DNA from: Verrucomicrobiaceae bacterium
GTDB lineage: Bacteria > Verrucomicrobiota > Verrucomicrobiia > Verrucomicrobiales > Verrucomicrobiaceae
Direction: 5' to 3'
Assembly: GCA_046346635.1 (NCBI GenBank)
Contig: JAXMHT010000007.1
Location: forward strand, 22,283-86,282
Length of the DNA stretch: 64,000 nt
Shown here: piece by piece, positions 54,330 through 63,488 of the stretch
Numbering within the stretch: position 1 is the stretch's first letter
Layout of the letters: each line of letters starts with the position of its first letter
Translations under genes and position numbers: made by a program
The notes under the pieces: model-generated
Database searches by the model: none
Told to the model about the DNA's origin: nothing
Seen by the model: only the letters and a program-made list of their open reading frames with translations

Positions 54330-55655
54330 TCAGCGTCCGACAGCTACGGCGCCAAGGGCTGGCACCATGATCTCATCCCCCGCGTTGAGCTTCGTTGTGG
54401 GCTGGAGATGATTGATCTCCCGGATGCGAGCGGGGGTGGTGCTGAACTGGGAGGCGATGCTGTCGATGCTGTCAGTGGCATCGACTCGATAGGCGAGCAC
54501 GCCGCGATGGCTGTCGGATGAAGAAGTTGGGCTGGCGGCGGGCTTCGGCGGGGTGGAAGCCGTTGTGGAGGGCAGGGGGATGCTCGGTGGCGGCGGCATT
54601 CCATCGGGGAGACCCACGCCGGGCATGGGCACGGTGTCGTCAGAAGCCGGTGCGATGGTCTTGGGGGCCGATTTGGGCTTCGAGGAGGTCACTGTGCGTG
54701 AAGGAGATTTGCCACCCGGAAGGATGAGCCGTTGGCCGACGATCACTTTGTTGGCGTCTTTGATGCCATTGAGGGTTGCCAAGTTGGCGGTCGTGGTGCC
54801 ATGGCGGATGGCGATGGCCTTGAGGCTATCGCCGGGACGCACGGTGTAGGTGCCGCCAGTGCTGACAGGAGCCTGGACCGGCAGGGAATCGATACGGGTG
54901 CTTTTGCCTGGAATGGCGATGCGGGAGCCGGGAACGAGGCCGCCGCCGAAATCGACGCGTGGATTAGCCTCCATCAGGGCAGTGCGGCTAATGTTGTATT
55001 TCTTGGCGATGGTGCTGGAGGTGTCACCAGGCCGCACATCGTGGTAATAGGGCTTGTAGGTGGCCTTCGTGGTGCTGGAAGAACCGTGAGGGCCGGGGAT
55101 TTGAAGCTGCTGCCCGATCATCACGGTGTCGCTCTTCATGCGGTTGAGCTGGATGATGTCGCCCGGGCTGACGCGGTGGCGGCTGGCGATGGCCCAAAGG
55201 CTATCGCCGGGCTTCACAACGTAGGTGGTGTGAGAGCGAAGGCTGGCGGAAGAGCTGTCGTAGTTCGCTAAAACGGAACCGCCTTTGATGCCAGAAACGT
55301 CTTTTTCGAGCTTCCGGATGCGAGAGTCCTGCTCGTGGTCATTAGCGGCCAGCCGGGCGACTTGGAGGGAAAGGTCGTTCGGCAGCGGGCCATATTGCGG
55401 AGCAGCAGGCGCCGGAGTGCGCCGTGGAGCTGTCGTGGTGCGTGGCGGAGTGGATACCTGTCGCTGCTGTTGCGGTGCCGTGGACTGCCGTTGCTGAGGG
55501 GGGGGTGACAGCGTGCCATAGCCCGGAGGTGGCGGCTGCATGTAGGTGTAGCTGCTGGGAAGATTGCCGGCGGGTTGGCCAAAGAGTGAGGGAGCCGTGG
55601 TGGCGACCAGAGCGAAGGTGCAGCCGAGAGATGGGAAGAGCGGCAAGTGCTTCAT
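54330..55655 (-). CDS. secreted protein with four LysM domains and a Pro/Gln-rich N-terminal region
   Basis: The four LysM repeats begin YVVKPGDSLWAIASRH, HDVRPGDTSSTIAKKY, YTVRPGDSLKAIAIRH and YRVDATDSIDSIASQF. No M23/LytM motif was seen. Confidence 0.85.
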   Translation of the reverse strand: MKHLPLFPSLGCTFALVATTAPSLFGQPAGNLPSSYTYMQPPPPGYGTLSPPPQQRQSTAPQQQRQVSTPPRTTTAPRRTPAPAAPQYGPLPNDLSLQVARLAANDHEQDSRIRKLEKDVSGIKGGSVLANYDSSSASLRSHTTYVVKPGDSLWAIASRHRVSPGDIIQLNRMKSDTVMIGQQLQIPGPHGSSSTTKATYKPYYHDVRPGDTSSTIAKKYNISRTALMEANPRVDFGGGLVPGSRIAIPGKSTRIDSLPVQAPVSTGGTYTVRPGDSLKAIAIRHGTTTANLATLNGIKDANKVIVGQRLILPGGKSPSRTVTSSKPKSAPKTIAPASDDTVPMPGVGLPDGMPPPPSIPLPSTTASTPPKPAASPTSSSDSHRGVLAYRVDATDSIDSIASQFSTTPARIREINHLQPTTKLNAGDEIMVPALGAVAVGR

Positions 55656-55663
55656 AATGTGGT

Positions 55664-55707
55664 TATTTTAGAATTTCGGGTTGTTAAATCAATAAAATAT
55701 TTTAGAA
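55664..55707. promoter_or_regulatory. AT-rich divergent promoter region with two perfect TATTTTAGAA direct repeats
   Basis: TATTTTAGAA occurs at 55664-55673 and 55698-55707, 34 bp apart. Both copies lie between the LysM gene start (55655) and the amidase gene. Confidence 0.3.
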
Positions 55708-55721
55708 GTCTGAACAAAATT

Positions 55722-56489
55722 TTGAAATTTCCTCGTCCAGTTGTGCTCACGCTGCAGGTCATCGGCTCCTTCGGAGCCCTGACCGGAGGAATTCTCTCTC
55801 TAATGGTCCTTCAGCATCAAGTGGCCACACTGGAGCGGCCTCGGGTGGACCCTTGGGATAGCAAAACGCAAAAAATCCCGTTGGTGCTGGTGGATGCCGG
55901 TCATGGCGGTCATGACGGAGGCGCGGTGGCCAATGGCGGTATCGAAAAGCACCTGACGCTCGACATTGCCCGAAAAGTCCGGGATGAGCTCATCGCCGCT
56001 GGATTGCGGGTCGTCATGACACGCGAGAAAGATGCCTTTTTGCCCTTGGAAGAGCGTGCGGCACTGACGGAAAAGTTTGGTGCCGCGGCCTTTGTGAGCG
56101 TGCACATCAACACAGATGGCTCCGGCTCGGAGGCGGAGGGACTGGAGACCTATTTTGCCGGAAAGCCATCGCTGGCCGTGATGCGAAAAACGGGTGTGAA
56201 GGGTGAAAACGAGCTCATGAGCGAAAAACTGGCCACGCTGGTCCAGCGTTGTGCTTGCGACGAATCCCAAGCGGCCAATCGCGGCACGAAGCAGCGCGAT
56301 TATGTGGTGATCGAAGAGGCTCGATGCCCGGCAGTGTTGGTCGAATGCGGCTTTTTGACGAACGCCACCGAGGCTCGCAGGCTGAAGGACAAGGCGCATC
56401 AGGAAAAACTGGCCCGTGGCATTGCTTCCGGCGTGAAACTCTTCCTTCAATCGAAGCCGGCCATCGCGGCGGTGCTGGCGGAGAAATGA
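55722..56489 (+). CDS. N-acetylmuramoyl-L-alanine amidase (Amidase_3 / AmiC-type)
   Basis: LVLVDAGHGGHDGGAV...KHLTLDIARKV...AAFVSVHINT...VLVECGFLTN. The ORF opens at GTG 55647, overlapping the divergent gene. TTG at 55722 (MKFPRPVVLTLQVIGSF..., a TM anchor) is preferred, but the start is uncertain. Confidence 0.8.
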   Translation: MKFPRPVVLTLQVIGSFGALTGGILSLMVLQHQVATLERPRVDPWDSKTQKIPLVLVDAGHGGHDGGAVANGGIEKHLTLDIARKVRDELIAAGLRVVMTREKDAFLPLEERAALTEKFGAAAFVSVHINTDGSGSEAEGLETYFAGKPSLAVMRKTGVKGENELMSEKLATLVQRCACDESQAANRGTKQRDYVVIEEARCPAVLVECGFLTNATEARRLKDKAHQEKLARGIASGVKLFLQSKPAIAAVLAEK

Positions 56490-56528
56490 CCGTGGCATGG
56501 CCGCGAGGTTGCTGCTAGGAACAGGAGC

Positions 56529-57299
56529 TTGACCACCACTACAGCTACCTGCCCGTCTGAAACTTCACGCCGCGTCTTTTGGACCGTCGTGCTGCTGCTG
56601 GCTGTCTCGGCGGGGCTTTACGCCATGTTCTTGGCGGTGGACTATCGCTGGAACTGGTCGGGTGTTTGGAAATATCGCGGTCAGTTCATGCAGGGCTGGC
56701 TGACGACGCTCGGTCTGTCTCTCGCTGCCATGATCGTGAGCGTGGCGGCGGGTTTTTTGATGATGCTGGGCTGTCGTGCCAAGTGGCTGCCCGTGCGGTT
56801 GCTCTGCGGCGGCTTGGTGGAGCTCGTGCGTGGCTCGCCGTTGCTGGTGCAGCTTTTGATCGGCTATTACATCATCGCGGAGGCGCTGCATGCGGGCTTT
56901 CCGATGCTGGTGGGCATCGTTTTATTGGGCGGATTTCATGCGGCGTATCTGGCGGAGATCTTTCGCGGTGCGGTGGAGAGCATCGGTGCCTCGCAAATCG
57001 AAGCGGCGAGGGCGGTGGGCTTTGACCGGGCGCAGACTTACCGCTTCGTCATCGTGCCGCAGGCCATGCGCCGGGCTTTGCCGGGCACGACGGGTCAGCT
57101 CGTGTCGCTGCTGAAAGACTCCTCGCTGCTCTCGGTGATCGGCATCGAGGAACTGGTGCAGAAAGTGAAAGTCATGAACGCGGCCAGCTACGCGCCGTTG
57201 GAAGGCTATCTGCCCTTGGCGGCGGCTTATTTGATCGTGACGCTGCCGCTGGCGCGGCTGGCACGCGGTTTGGAAAGGAGGTTCGCGTATGAAACTTGA
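56529..57299 (+). CDS. amino-acid ABC transporter permease (His/Glu/Gln/Arg/opine family)
   Basis: TTG start. EIFRGAVESIGASQIEAARAVGF and the LKDSSLLSVIG EAA-loop region are typical of polar amino-acid permeases. Confidence 0.85.
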   Translation: MTTTTATCPSETSRRVFWTVVLLLAVSAGLYAMFLAVDYRWNWSGVWKYRGQFMQGWLTTLGLSLAAMIVSVAAGFLMMLGCRAKWLPVRLLCGGLVELVRGSPLLVQLLIGYYIIAEALHAGFPMLVGIVLLGGFHAAYLAEIFRGAVESIGASQIEAARAVGFDRAQTYRFVIVPQAMRRALPGTTGQLVSLLKDSSLLSVIGIEELVQKVKVMNAASYAPLEGYLPLAAAYLIVTLPLARLARGLERRFAYET

Positions 57300-58029
57300 A
57301 GCGACGGGCCTGGTAAAGCGATACGGCGCTCACGCCGCTCTCGACGGAGCTTCGTTTTCGACCGGTGAGCATGAAGCGCGAGTCATTGCGCTGCTGGGGC
57401 CATCCGGAGGCGGGAAATCCACGCTGCTGCGAGTGCTCGGCTGCCTGCTGGTGCCGGATGATGGTCGCGTGAGCCTCGATGGTCGCGATCTGCCGCGTGA
57501 TCAGGATGGGGCCATGCGCGAGCGGCGTGGCAACGGCTTCGTTTTCCAAGGCTACAACCTCTTTCCGCACCTCACGGCCTTCCAAAACATCACGCTGCCT
57601 TTGCAGGAAGTGCATGGCATGTCCGCGGTGCAGGCGGGGCAGCGAGCGCTCGAATTGCTGCATCGGCTGGGGCTCGAAGGTCACGAGCACAAGCGCCCCT
57701 CGCAGCTTTCCGGTGGTCAGCAGCAGCGTGCGGCCATCGCCCGGGCTTTGGCACCGCGACCGAAGCTTCTCCTGCTCGATGAACCGACCTCGGCACTCGA
57801 TCCCGTGATGACGGGCGAGGTGCTGGATGTGATCCGCGAGCTGGCTGAAGGCGGTCAAAGCATCGTGCTGGCCACGCATGAGATCAGCTTTGCCAGGAAG
57901 GTGGCCGATCACGTGGTCTTCCTCGCGGCTGGGAAGGCGCTCGAGTGCTCGACAGCAGCCGAATTCTTCCAACAGCCTCGATCCGAACTCGCGCGGCAGT
58001 ATCTCGAAGGTCTTTCGCGTTACCGCTGA
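57289..58029 (+). CDS. amino-acid ABC transporter ATP-binding protein
   Basis: Walker A GPSGGGKST, signature LSGGQQQRAAIARAL and Walker B LLLLDEPTSALD. It overlaps the permease gene by 11 nt. Confidence 0.9.
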   Translation: MKLEATGLVKRYGAHAALDGASFSTGEHEARVIALLGPSGGGKSTLLRVLGCLLVPDDGRVSLDGRDLPRDQDGAMRERRGNGFVFQGYNLFPHLTAFQNITLPLQEVHGMSAVQAGQRALELLHRLGLEGHEHKRPSQLSGGQQQRAAIARALAPRPKLLLLDEPTSALDPVMTGEVLDVIRELAEGGQSIVLATHEISFARKVADHVVFLAAGKALECSTAAEFFQQPRSELARQYLEGLSRYR

Positions 58030-58038
58030 AACTGCGTC

Positions 58039-59796
58039 TTACAAAGCGCGAGCGAGAAAGCGGCGTTCCTCGGGCAAGAGCAGCGTCGAGGGCACTTTTT
58101 CGGCCACTTGATAGGCAGAAGAGGTGTTACCGCTGATGGCGAGGAGACCCGCGAAGACCGCACGGGCCCCAGGTGGGAAGGTGTCCACGTCTTTGACCTG
58201 CGCGAGAGCGGGCGCGATGTCGTTCACGCGACCTTGGCGATAGGCGGCCAGTGCACGGAGGAAGGAAAGCGCGACGAGGCGATCAGGCGTGATGTGATGA
58301 GCGGGCACCGCTGCGGCCTCGTTGATCGTTTTGACCGCGATCTCGATATCGGTGCCGAGAACGAGGCGCAGGTAGTTCGCACGGTCGAGATAGACGACAT
58401 CAGTGGGTTTCAACTTCATGAGTTGCTGGCTCGAGCGGAGCATCGCCTCGCCATTGGTCTCCTTTTGGGCCATCTCATAGACTTTGAGTTGCATGTTCAA
58501 CGAGGCACCGATGTGGCGGGCGGCCACGCCTTCATAAAAACGACGCGAGAGGTCCCAGTAGCCAAGATGTTCGGCCATCTCAGCGGCCCGCATGGCTGCC
58601 TCGGCATGCTCACCACGGCCGGTCTGGTCAAAAACGGTGTTAAGCAGATGGCGCGGTGTGGTGGGATCGTCACTGAGGTGGCTTTCGGCCTCTGCCTGCC
58701 AGATGCGAAGCTGCACGCTGGGGAAAGCCGCATCGACGCGACCGGTGAGCAGCGCTTTGAGCTGGCCCCATTGGCCAAGCCCACGCAGGGCACCCACATA
58801 GTGCGGTAGCAACGTGGTGTAGGAGGCGGCCGTCTTGTCCGAGATCATGCGCAGGACGCGCTCAAATTGCTGCTCTTTGACCAGCCAAGCCATGAGCGGG
58901 GGGAGGTTCGCGGCTGGTTTGCCATCCCAGCGGCGAATTTCTTGATTCACAATCTGATCCCGTTCATGAGGGTGCAGGCGGATGATGGCTGAGAGGACGG
59001 CAAACCGCGCGATTTCCGCCTTGCTGTCCTGTTTGATACCTTGAACCAGCGTGAGGAGATCCTCAGCCTCCTGAGCTGTGAGCAGGCGATGCTGTGATAG
59101 GAATTCGATCGCCGGGATGGACTGATCCGTGCCGCCTCGGGCGATCGGCCAGAGACGCTCCCGGGCAGGTCCGCTGAGAGAAGGGTCGCCGCTGCGTGCA
59201 TCGAGCAGGGCCAGGTCGAGCACGCTTTGCGGATTATCTGAATCAGCCATCAAGGCCTGGCGTTGGGTCAAGAACGAACGTGCAGCAAGGCCTTCCGCTT
59301 TTTGGATCACAGACAGAAGCTCCAAGGCGGGGCGTTTCTGAGCCTCATCACCCTTGAAGCGGTCAAAAGTGTCATGAGCCAGCTTCAGGTCCGGCAGACC
59401 CACGTAGGCTTTGCCCAGCTTCGAAAGCTCTTCCGGATTGAGAATGCCTTTTTCATCGAGTTTGCTCAGGAAGCGGATCATTGAGCGAGGCTCTTCGCCG
59501 GTCTTTTCGACGAACATGACAGCCGTGCGGATCACTTCGGGGTCCTCTGGTGCCCATCGCGTGGCATCATTGAGATGACGTGCGGCGTTCATCCAGTCCT
59601 CAGCTTCGACATAACGCATGACTTCGGGGATGAAACGGCGTGCCCACCAGCCTTTCGCCCCGCTCGCCAGCTGGTCGAAAAACAGCCACCAAGCCACCGC
59701 GAAGGCCACCAGGCCCAAAAATCCCCACAGCAGCGTCCTGCTCTGCGGTTCGTCTTCTGCTGCCAGGTCTTCTGGTCGGGATGACTCGGGATTCAT
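58039..59796 (-). CDS. membrane-anchored all-helical (TPR-like) hypothetical protein
   Basis: 585-aa ORF with an N-terminal TM segment, LLWGFLGLVAFAVAWWLFF, followed by helical-repeat-like sequence. It starts 40 nt downstream of the FGE-domain gene on the same strand. Confidence 0.65.
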   Translation of the reverse strand: MNPESSRPEDLAAEDEPQSRTLLWGFLGLVAFAVAWWLFFDQLASGAKGWWARRFIPEVMRYVEAEDWMNAARHLNDATRWAPEDPEVIRTAVMFVEKTGEEPRSMIRFLSKLDEKGILNPEELSKLGKAYVGLPDLKLAHDTFDRFKGDEAQKRPALELLSVIQKAEGLAARSFLTQRQALMADSDNPQSVLDLALLDARSGDPSLSGPARERLWPIARGGTDQSIPAIEFLSQHRLLTAQEAEDLLTLVQGIKQDSKAEIARFAVLSAIIRLHPHERDQIVNQEIRRWDGKPAANLPPLMAWLVKEQQFERVLRMISDKTAASYTTLLPHYVGALRGLGQWGQLKALLTGRVDAAFPSVQLRIWQAEAESHLSDDPTTPRHLLNTVFDQTGRGEHAEAAMRAAEMAEHLGYWDLSRRFYEGVAARHIGASLNMQLKVYEMAQKETNGEAMLRSSQQLMKLKPTDVVYLDRANYLRLVLGTDIEIAVKTINEAAAVPAHHITPDRLVALSFLRALAAYRQGRVNDIAPALAQVKDVDTFPPGARAVFAGLLAISGNTSSAYQVAEKVPSTLLLPEERRFLARAL

Positions 59797-59836
59797 GAGG
59801 TAAAGAGAGGGAAAGGAGCGGGCCCAGGCATCTGGA

Positions 59837-61513
59837 TCACTTCAATTCGAGAACCAGGCGGAAGCCCAGATCCGCGCGAGCGCTTCCTTTGGAGGCATGC
59901 TCACGGGAGGAGGTCAGCAAACGGTCATGCTCAAACATTAGCCAGCTGCCGCCGCGGATGACGCGCTCTTCCGGGGCTGACGGCCAGGCGTCCTCCGTCC
60001 ATTCGGAGACGTTTCCGCCGACCTCGTAGAGGCCAAGCGTGTTCGGGGTCGATTTGTCCACCGGTGAGGTGTAGGAAAAACTGTCGCTGAAACCCGGAAT
60101 GCGTGTGGCGTCGAGGTTCACACTCATGACTGGAGGCCGCCATTCGGCCTGGCTCTTGATGGGCCATGGGAAATGCTCTTTGTCCGCCCGGTGGCGTTCG
60201 GCAGGATCCTTCCCCGTTTCGCCTTTCAATCCGGCTGCGGTGCTCCACTCCAGGTCGGTGGGCAGGCGGTAAGTGGCATTTGATGGGATCAGGCTGGCCT
60301 TCCGTTCGTTTTCCGTGAGCCATTGGCAGAAGTTTTTCGCATCGTCCCAAGTCACGCCGGCTGCCGGATGGGTATCACCGAGGAGAAAGGGCGGCTTTTT
60401 GACCCAAGTGCCATTCGTGGCCTTCAGCCAGGCTTCAAAGTCCCTCACGCGGGTTTCCGTTTTGCAGATCAGCACACCGCTGCCGGATTCCAAGGGTGTG
60501 AAGCGAAGGCCCAGTGTGTTGAGATACGAGGTTCCAGCCACCGCGGGTGTCAATTTGCTGGGGTCTGGCAGGTCCGCGCCGTCCACGCCACCGGCCATGC
60601 GCTGCTTCAGGGCCTCGACCGCAGCCTTGTCCGCATCATCGGTGGTGCGCATCTTGCGGATCTGGTCCTCGACGGTCTGCTTGTTGGCTGCGTCCCGCTC
60701 GGCCAGGAGCAGCGCCGTGCGGTGCTTGTCTTCAAAAACGCAGCGGAAGCCGATGGTGGGCATCCTCAGGTCGGCTGGCACCGTGTAGCGGTAGGAGCTC
60801 ACCAGGCACTCCCGGCGGAAATAGGCCCACGAACCGCCGCGCAGCACGCCGTTCGCCAGCGATTTCACATCCGGTTTGTCGGTCCATTCCCATACATTGC
60901 CTGCAAGATCGTAGAGACCTTCCGGCGTCGGCGTAAACTGCCCCACGGGCGCGGTGTGCTCGTAGCCATCGGAATAGCCCTCGATCTCGTGATCAGCGTA
61001 ATTGCCCGCCTTGGCGGGGGGGGGCCAAAGCATGCCCCAGAGAAAGGTCTGGCTGTCTGCCAGTTTGTCCTCGGCGGTGAAGGCCACCCCTTTGCGGGCG
61101 GCTGCCAGTCCGGCCGCGGCATCCCATTCCTCAGGCGTGGGCAGGCGGTAGGACTGCGCATTGTTGAGAAGGTTCTCCTCACGCTCCTTCTCGGTCAGCC
61201 AGTTGCAGAAGGCGATGGCGTCCTGGAGGTTCACCCCCACGACAGGGTGGTTTTCATCCTGTTTGAAGTGTGGCTCGAAGGTCCAAGGGTACTTTCTGGC
61301 TCGCAGGAACTGGTTCCACTCGCCCACGCGAGTTTCGTAAACAGAAAACAGAACCGTCGTGCCCGGAACGGATACAAATCGCATCCCGAGAGTGCTTTTC
61401 CGGCCGCTCTGAGCCGAGTTTGAGGCTGTCTCCTGGCCGCTGACAAGGGCGGCCGGGCCGGTCAAAAGCAGTGCAATGGCTGCGATTAGAAAGGGGCGAG
61501 TGCGAAATGGCAT
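59837..61513 (-). CDS. secreted protein with two FGE-sulfatase (SUMF1/EgtB/PvdO-type) domains
   Basis: ORF 59837..61585. The ATG at 61511-61513 gives MPFRTRPFLIAAIALLLTGPAA. The domain motifs occur twice: HPVVGV/HPAAGVTW, YRLPT..EW, GNVWEWT/GNVSEWT and RGGSW. Confidence 0.8.
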   Translation of the reverse strand: MPFRTRPFLIAAIALLLTGPAALVSGQETASNSAQSGRKSTLGMRFVSVPGTTVLFSVYETRVGEWNQFLRARKYPWTFEPHFKQDENHPVVGVNLQDAIAFCNWLTEKEREENLLNNAQSYRLPTPEEWDAAAGLAAARKGVAFTAEDKLADSQTFLWGMLWPPPAKAGNYADHEIEGYSDGYEHTAPVGQFTPTPEGLYDLAGNVWEWTDKPDVKSLANGVLRGGSWAYFRRECLVSSYRYTVPADLRMPTIGFRCVFEDKHRTALLLAERDAANKQTVEDQIRKMRTTDDADKAAVEALKQRMAGGVDGADLPDPSKLTPAVAGTSYLNTLGLRFTPLESGSGVLICKTETRVRDFEAWLKATNGTWVKKPPFLLGDTHPAAGVTWDDAKNFCQWLTENERKASLIPSNATYRLPTDLEWSTAAGLKGETGKDPAERHRADKEHFPWPIKSQAEWRPPVMSVNLDATRIPGFSDSFSYTSPVDKSTPNTLGLYEVGGNVSEWTEDAWPSAPEERVIRGGSWLMFEHDRLLTSSREHASKGSARADLGFRLVLELK

Positions 61514-61748
61514 TGGAGTGGTTTTACAAGAGGAAATCACGATGGTCAGCAAGAATTTCTGAACACTGGAACCATCGTTCGGCAACCCACAGGATAGTCA
61601 CGAAGTTTGTTCTTTTCGTTGAAACTCAGCATGGTACAGTCCCGACTCTTTTTCTGGAAATTCGCCGTCCCCAACCCCGGCAATTGCGGCCCTTTGGTCT
61701 GCCTTCACGGGCATTGACCAAGGGCGGCAGCGTACTCCGATTTGATTC

Positions 61749-63488
61749 ATGATTGTCCTCGGCCTCAATGCCTTCCACGGCGATTCCTCCGCCGCGCTCG
61801 TCAAAGATGGAAAACTGGTCTGTGCGGCCGAGGAGGAGCGTTTCCGCCGCATCAAGCACTGGTCCGGCCTGCCCACCGAAGCCATGAAATGGTGCCTGGC
61901 GGACGCGGGTCTCAAATTGAGTGATGTGGATCACATCGCCATCAACCGGAACCCGAAGGTCAACAACCTCCGCCGTGCTCTTTACGTCCTGCGCCGCCGC
62001 CCGAGCCTCAGCCTCATTTTCAAGCGCCTCGCGAACATCAAACGCGCCGCCTCCTTTGAAGACAGCGTTCAGGCGGCTTTCCAAGGCCAGACACTCCGGG
62101 CGAAGGTGCATCATGTGGAGCATCACCTGGCTCATCTGGCCTCCGCCTTCCTCGTTTCCGATTTCGATGAGGCGGTGTGCCTTTCCATTGATGGCTTTGG
62201 CGACTTCGCCAGCTCCACCTGGGGCATGGGGAAGGGGAACGACATCCAGATCGACGGTCGCATCTACTTCCCGCACTCGCTCGGCATCTTTTACAGTGTC
62301 ATCACCCAGTTCATCGGCTTCCCTTACTTTGGCGATGAATACAAGGTCATGGGCCTCGCTCCCTACGGCGAGCCGAAATACGTCAAAGAGATGCGTGAAC
62401 TCGTGCACATCCAGCCGGACGGCACCTTCAAGCTCAACCTCAAATACTACCGCCACCACGACGAGGACGTGCATTACACCTGGGACAACTGCTCGCCCGA
62501 GGTCGGCACGCTCTACAAGAAAGAGCCGATGGAGTCGCTCTTCGGTCCGCAGCGTGAAAAAGGCGCGACGTTGGAGCAAAAGCACCGCGACATCGCTCGC
62601 AGCGCCCAGGTGATGTATGAAGAAGCCTTCTTCGCCATGCTGCAAAGCCTGCACGCCAAGTACAAGTGCGATGACCTCGCCTTCTCAGGCGGCTGCGCGA
62701 TGAATTCCGTCGCCAACGGCAAAGTGTACCTCAACTCGCCCTTCAAACGCATGTATCTCCCCGCGTCCGCCGGAGATGCTGGCGGTGCCATCGGAGCCGC
62801 GTTTGTCGTTTCTCGGCAGATCAATCCGACGAAACACGTCATGGACCACGCCTACGTCGGTCCGCGTGCTACGGAAGATGAAATCAAAACGCTGCTCGAC
62901 TCGCGTGCCGCCGACATCGCCGCTGAAAACTGCACCGTGCGCCGTTTTGACGACGAAGGCGAGCTTTGCAAAACCACCGCCACCGCCATCACCGAAGGGA
63001 AAGTCATCGGCTGGTTCCAAGGCCGTATGGAATGGGGCCCGCGTGCACTCGGCAATCGCAGCATCCTCGGCGATCCGCGCCGCGCCGACATGAAGGACAT
63101 CCTCAACCTCAAGATCAAACGTCGCGAGTCCTTCCGTCCTTTTGCCCCTTCCATCCTCCGTGAATGCGTCACCGAATGGTTTGAGCAAGACGACGACGTG
63201 CCTTTCATGATGGAAGTCTTCCAGGTCCGTCCCGAAAAACGCGCTCAAGTGCCCGCCACCACGCACGTCGATGGCTCCGGCCGCCTCCAGACCGTTCACA
63301 AAGAGACCAACCCTCGCTACCACCGCCTCATCAGCGCCTACCGCGAGATCACCGGCGTGCCCATCGTGCTCAACACGAGCTTCAACGAAAACGAGCCCGT
63401 TGTCTGCAAACCTCAAGAAGCCCTCGACTGCTTCCTCCGCACCAAAATGGACGTGCTGGTGCTCAATGACTGGATCGTGACCCGCTAA
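61749..63488 (+). CDS. carbamoyltransferase (NodU/CmcH family)
   Basis: [38 protein letters not shown]...[11 protein letters not shown]...[10 protein letters not shown]...[12 protein letters not shown]-like. Confidence 0.9.
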   Translation: MIVLGLNAFHGDSSAALVKDGKLVCAAEEERFRRIKHWSGLPTEAMKWCLADAGLKLSDVDHIAINRNPKVNNLRRALYVLRRRPSLSLIFKRLANIKRAASFEDSVQAAFQGQTLRAKVHHVEHHLAHLASAFLVSDFDEAVCLSIDGFGDFASSTWGMGKGNDIQIDGRIYFPHSLGIFYSVITQFIGFPYFGDEYKVMGLAPYGEPKYVKEMRELVHIQPDGTFKLNLKYYRHHDEDVHYTWDNCSPEVGTLYKKEPMESLFGPQREKGATLEQKHRDIARSAQVMYEEAFFAMLQSLHAKYKCDDLAFSGGCAMNSVANGKVYLNSPFKRMYLPASAGDAGGAIGAAFVVSRQINPTKHVMDHAYVGPRATEDEIKTLLDSRAADIAAENCTVRRFDDEGELCKTTATAITEGKVIGWFQGRMEWGPRALGNRSILGDPRRADMKDILNLKIKRRESFRPFAPSILRECVTEWFEQDDDVPFMMEVFQVRPEKRAQVPATTHVDGSGRLQTVHKETNPRYHRLISAYREITGVPIVLNTSFNENEPVVCKPQEALDCFLRTKMDVLVLNDWIVTR

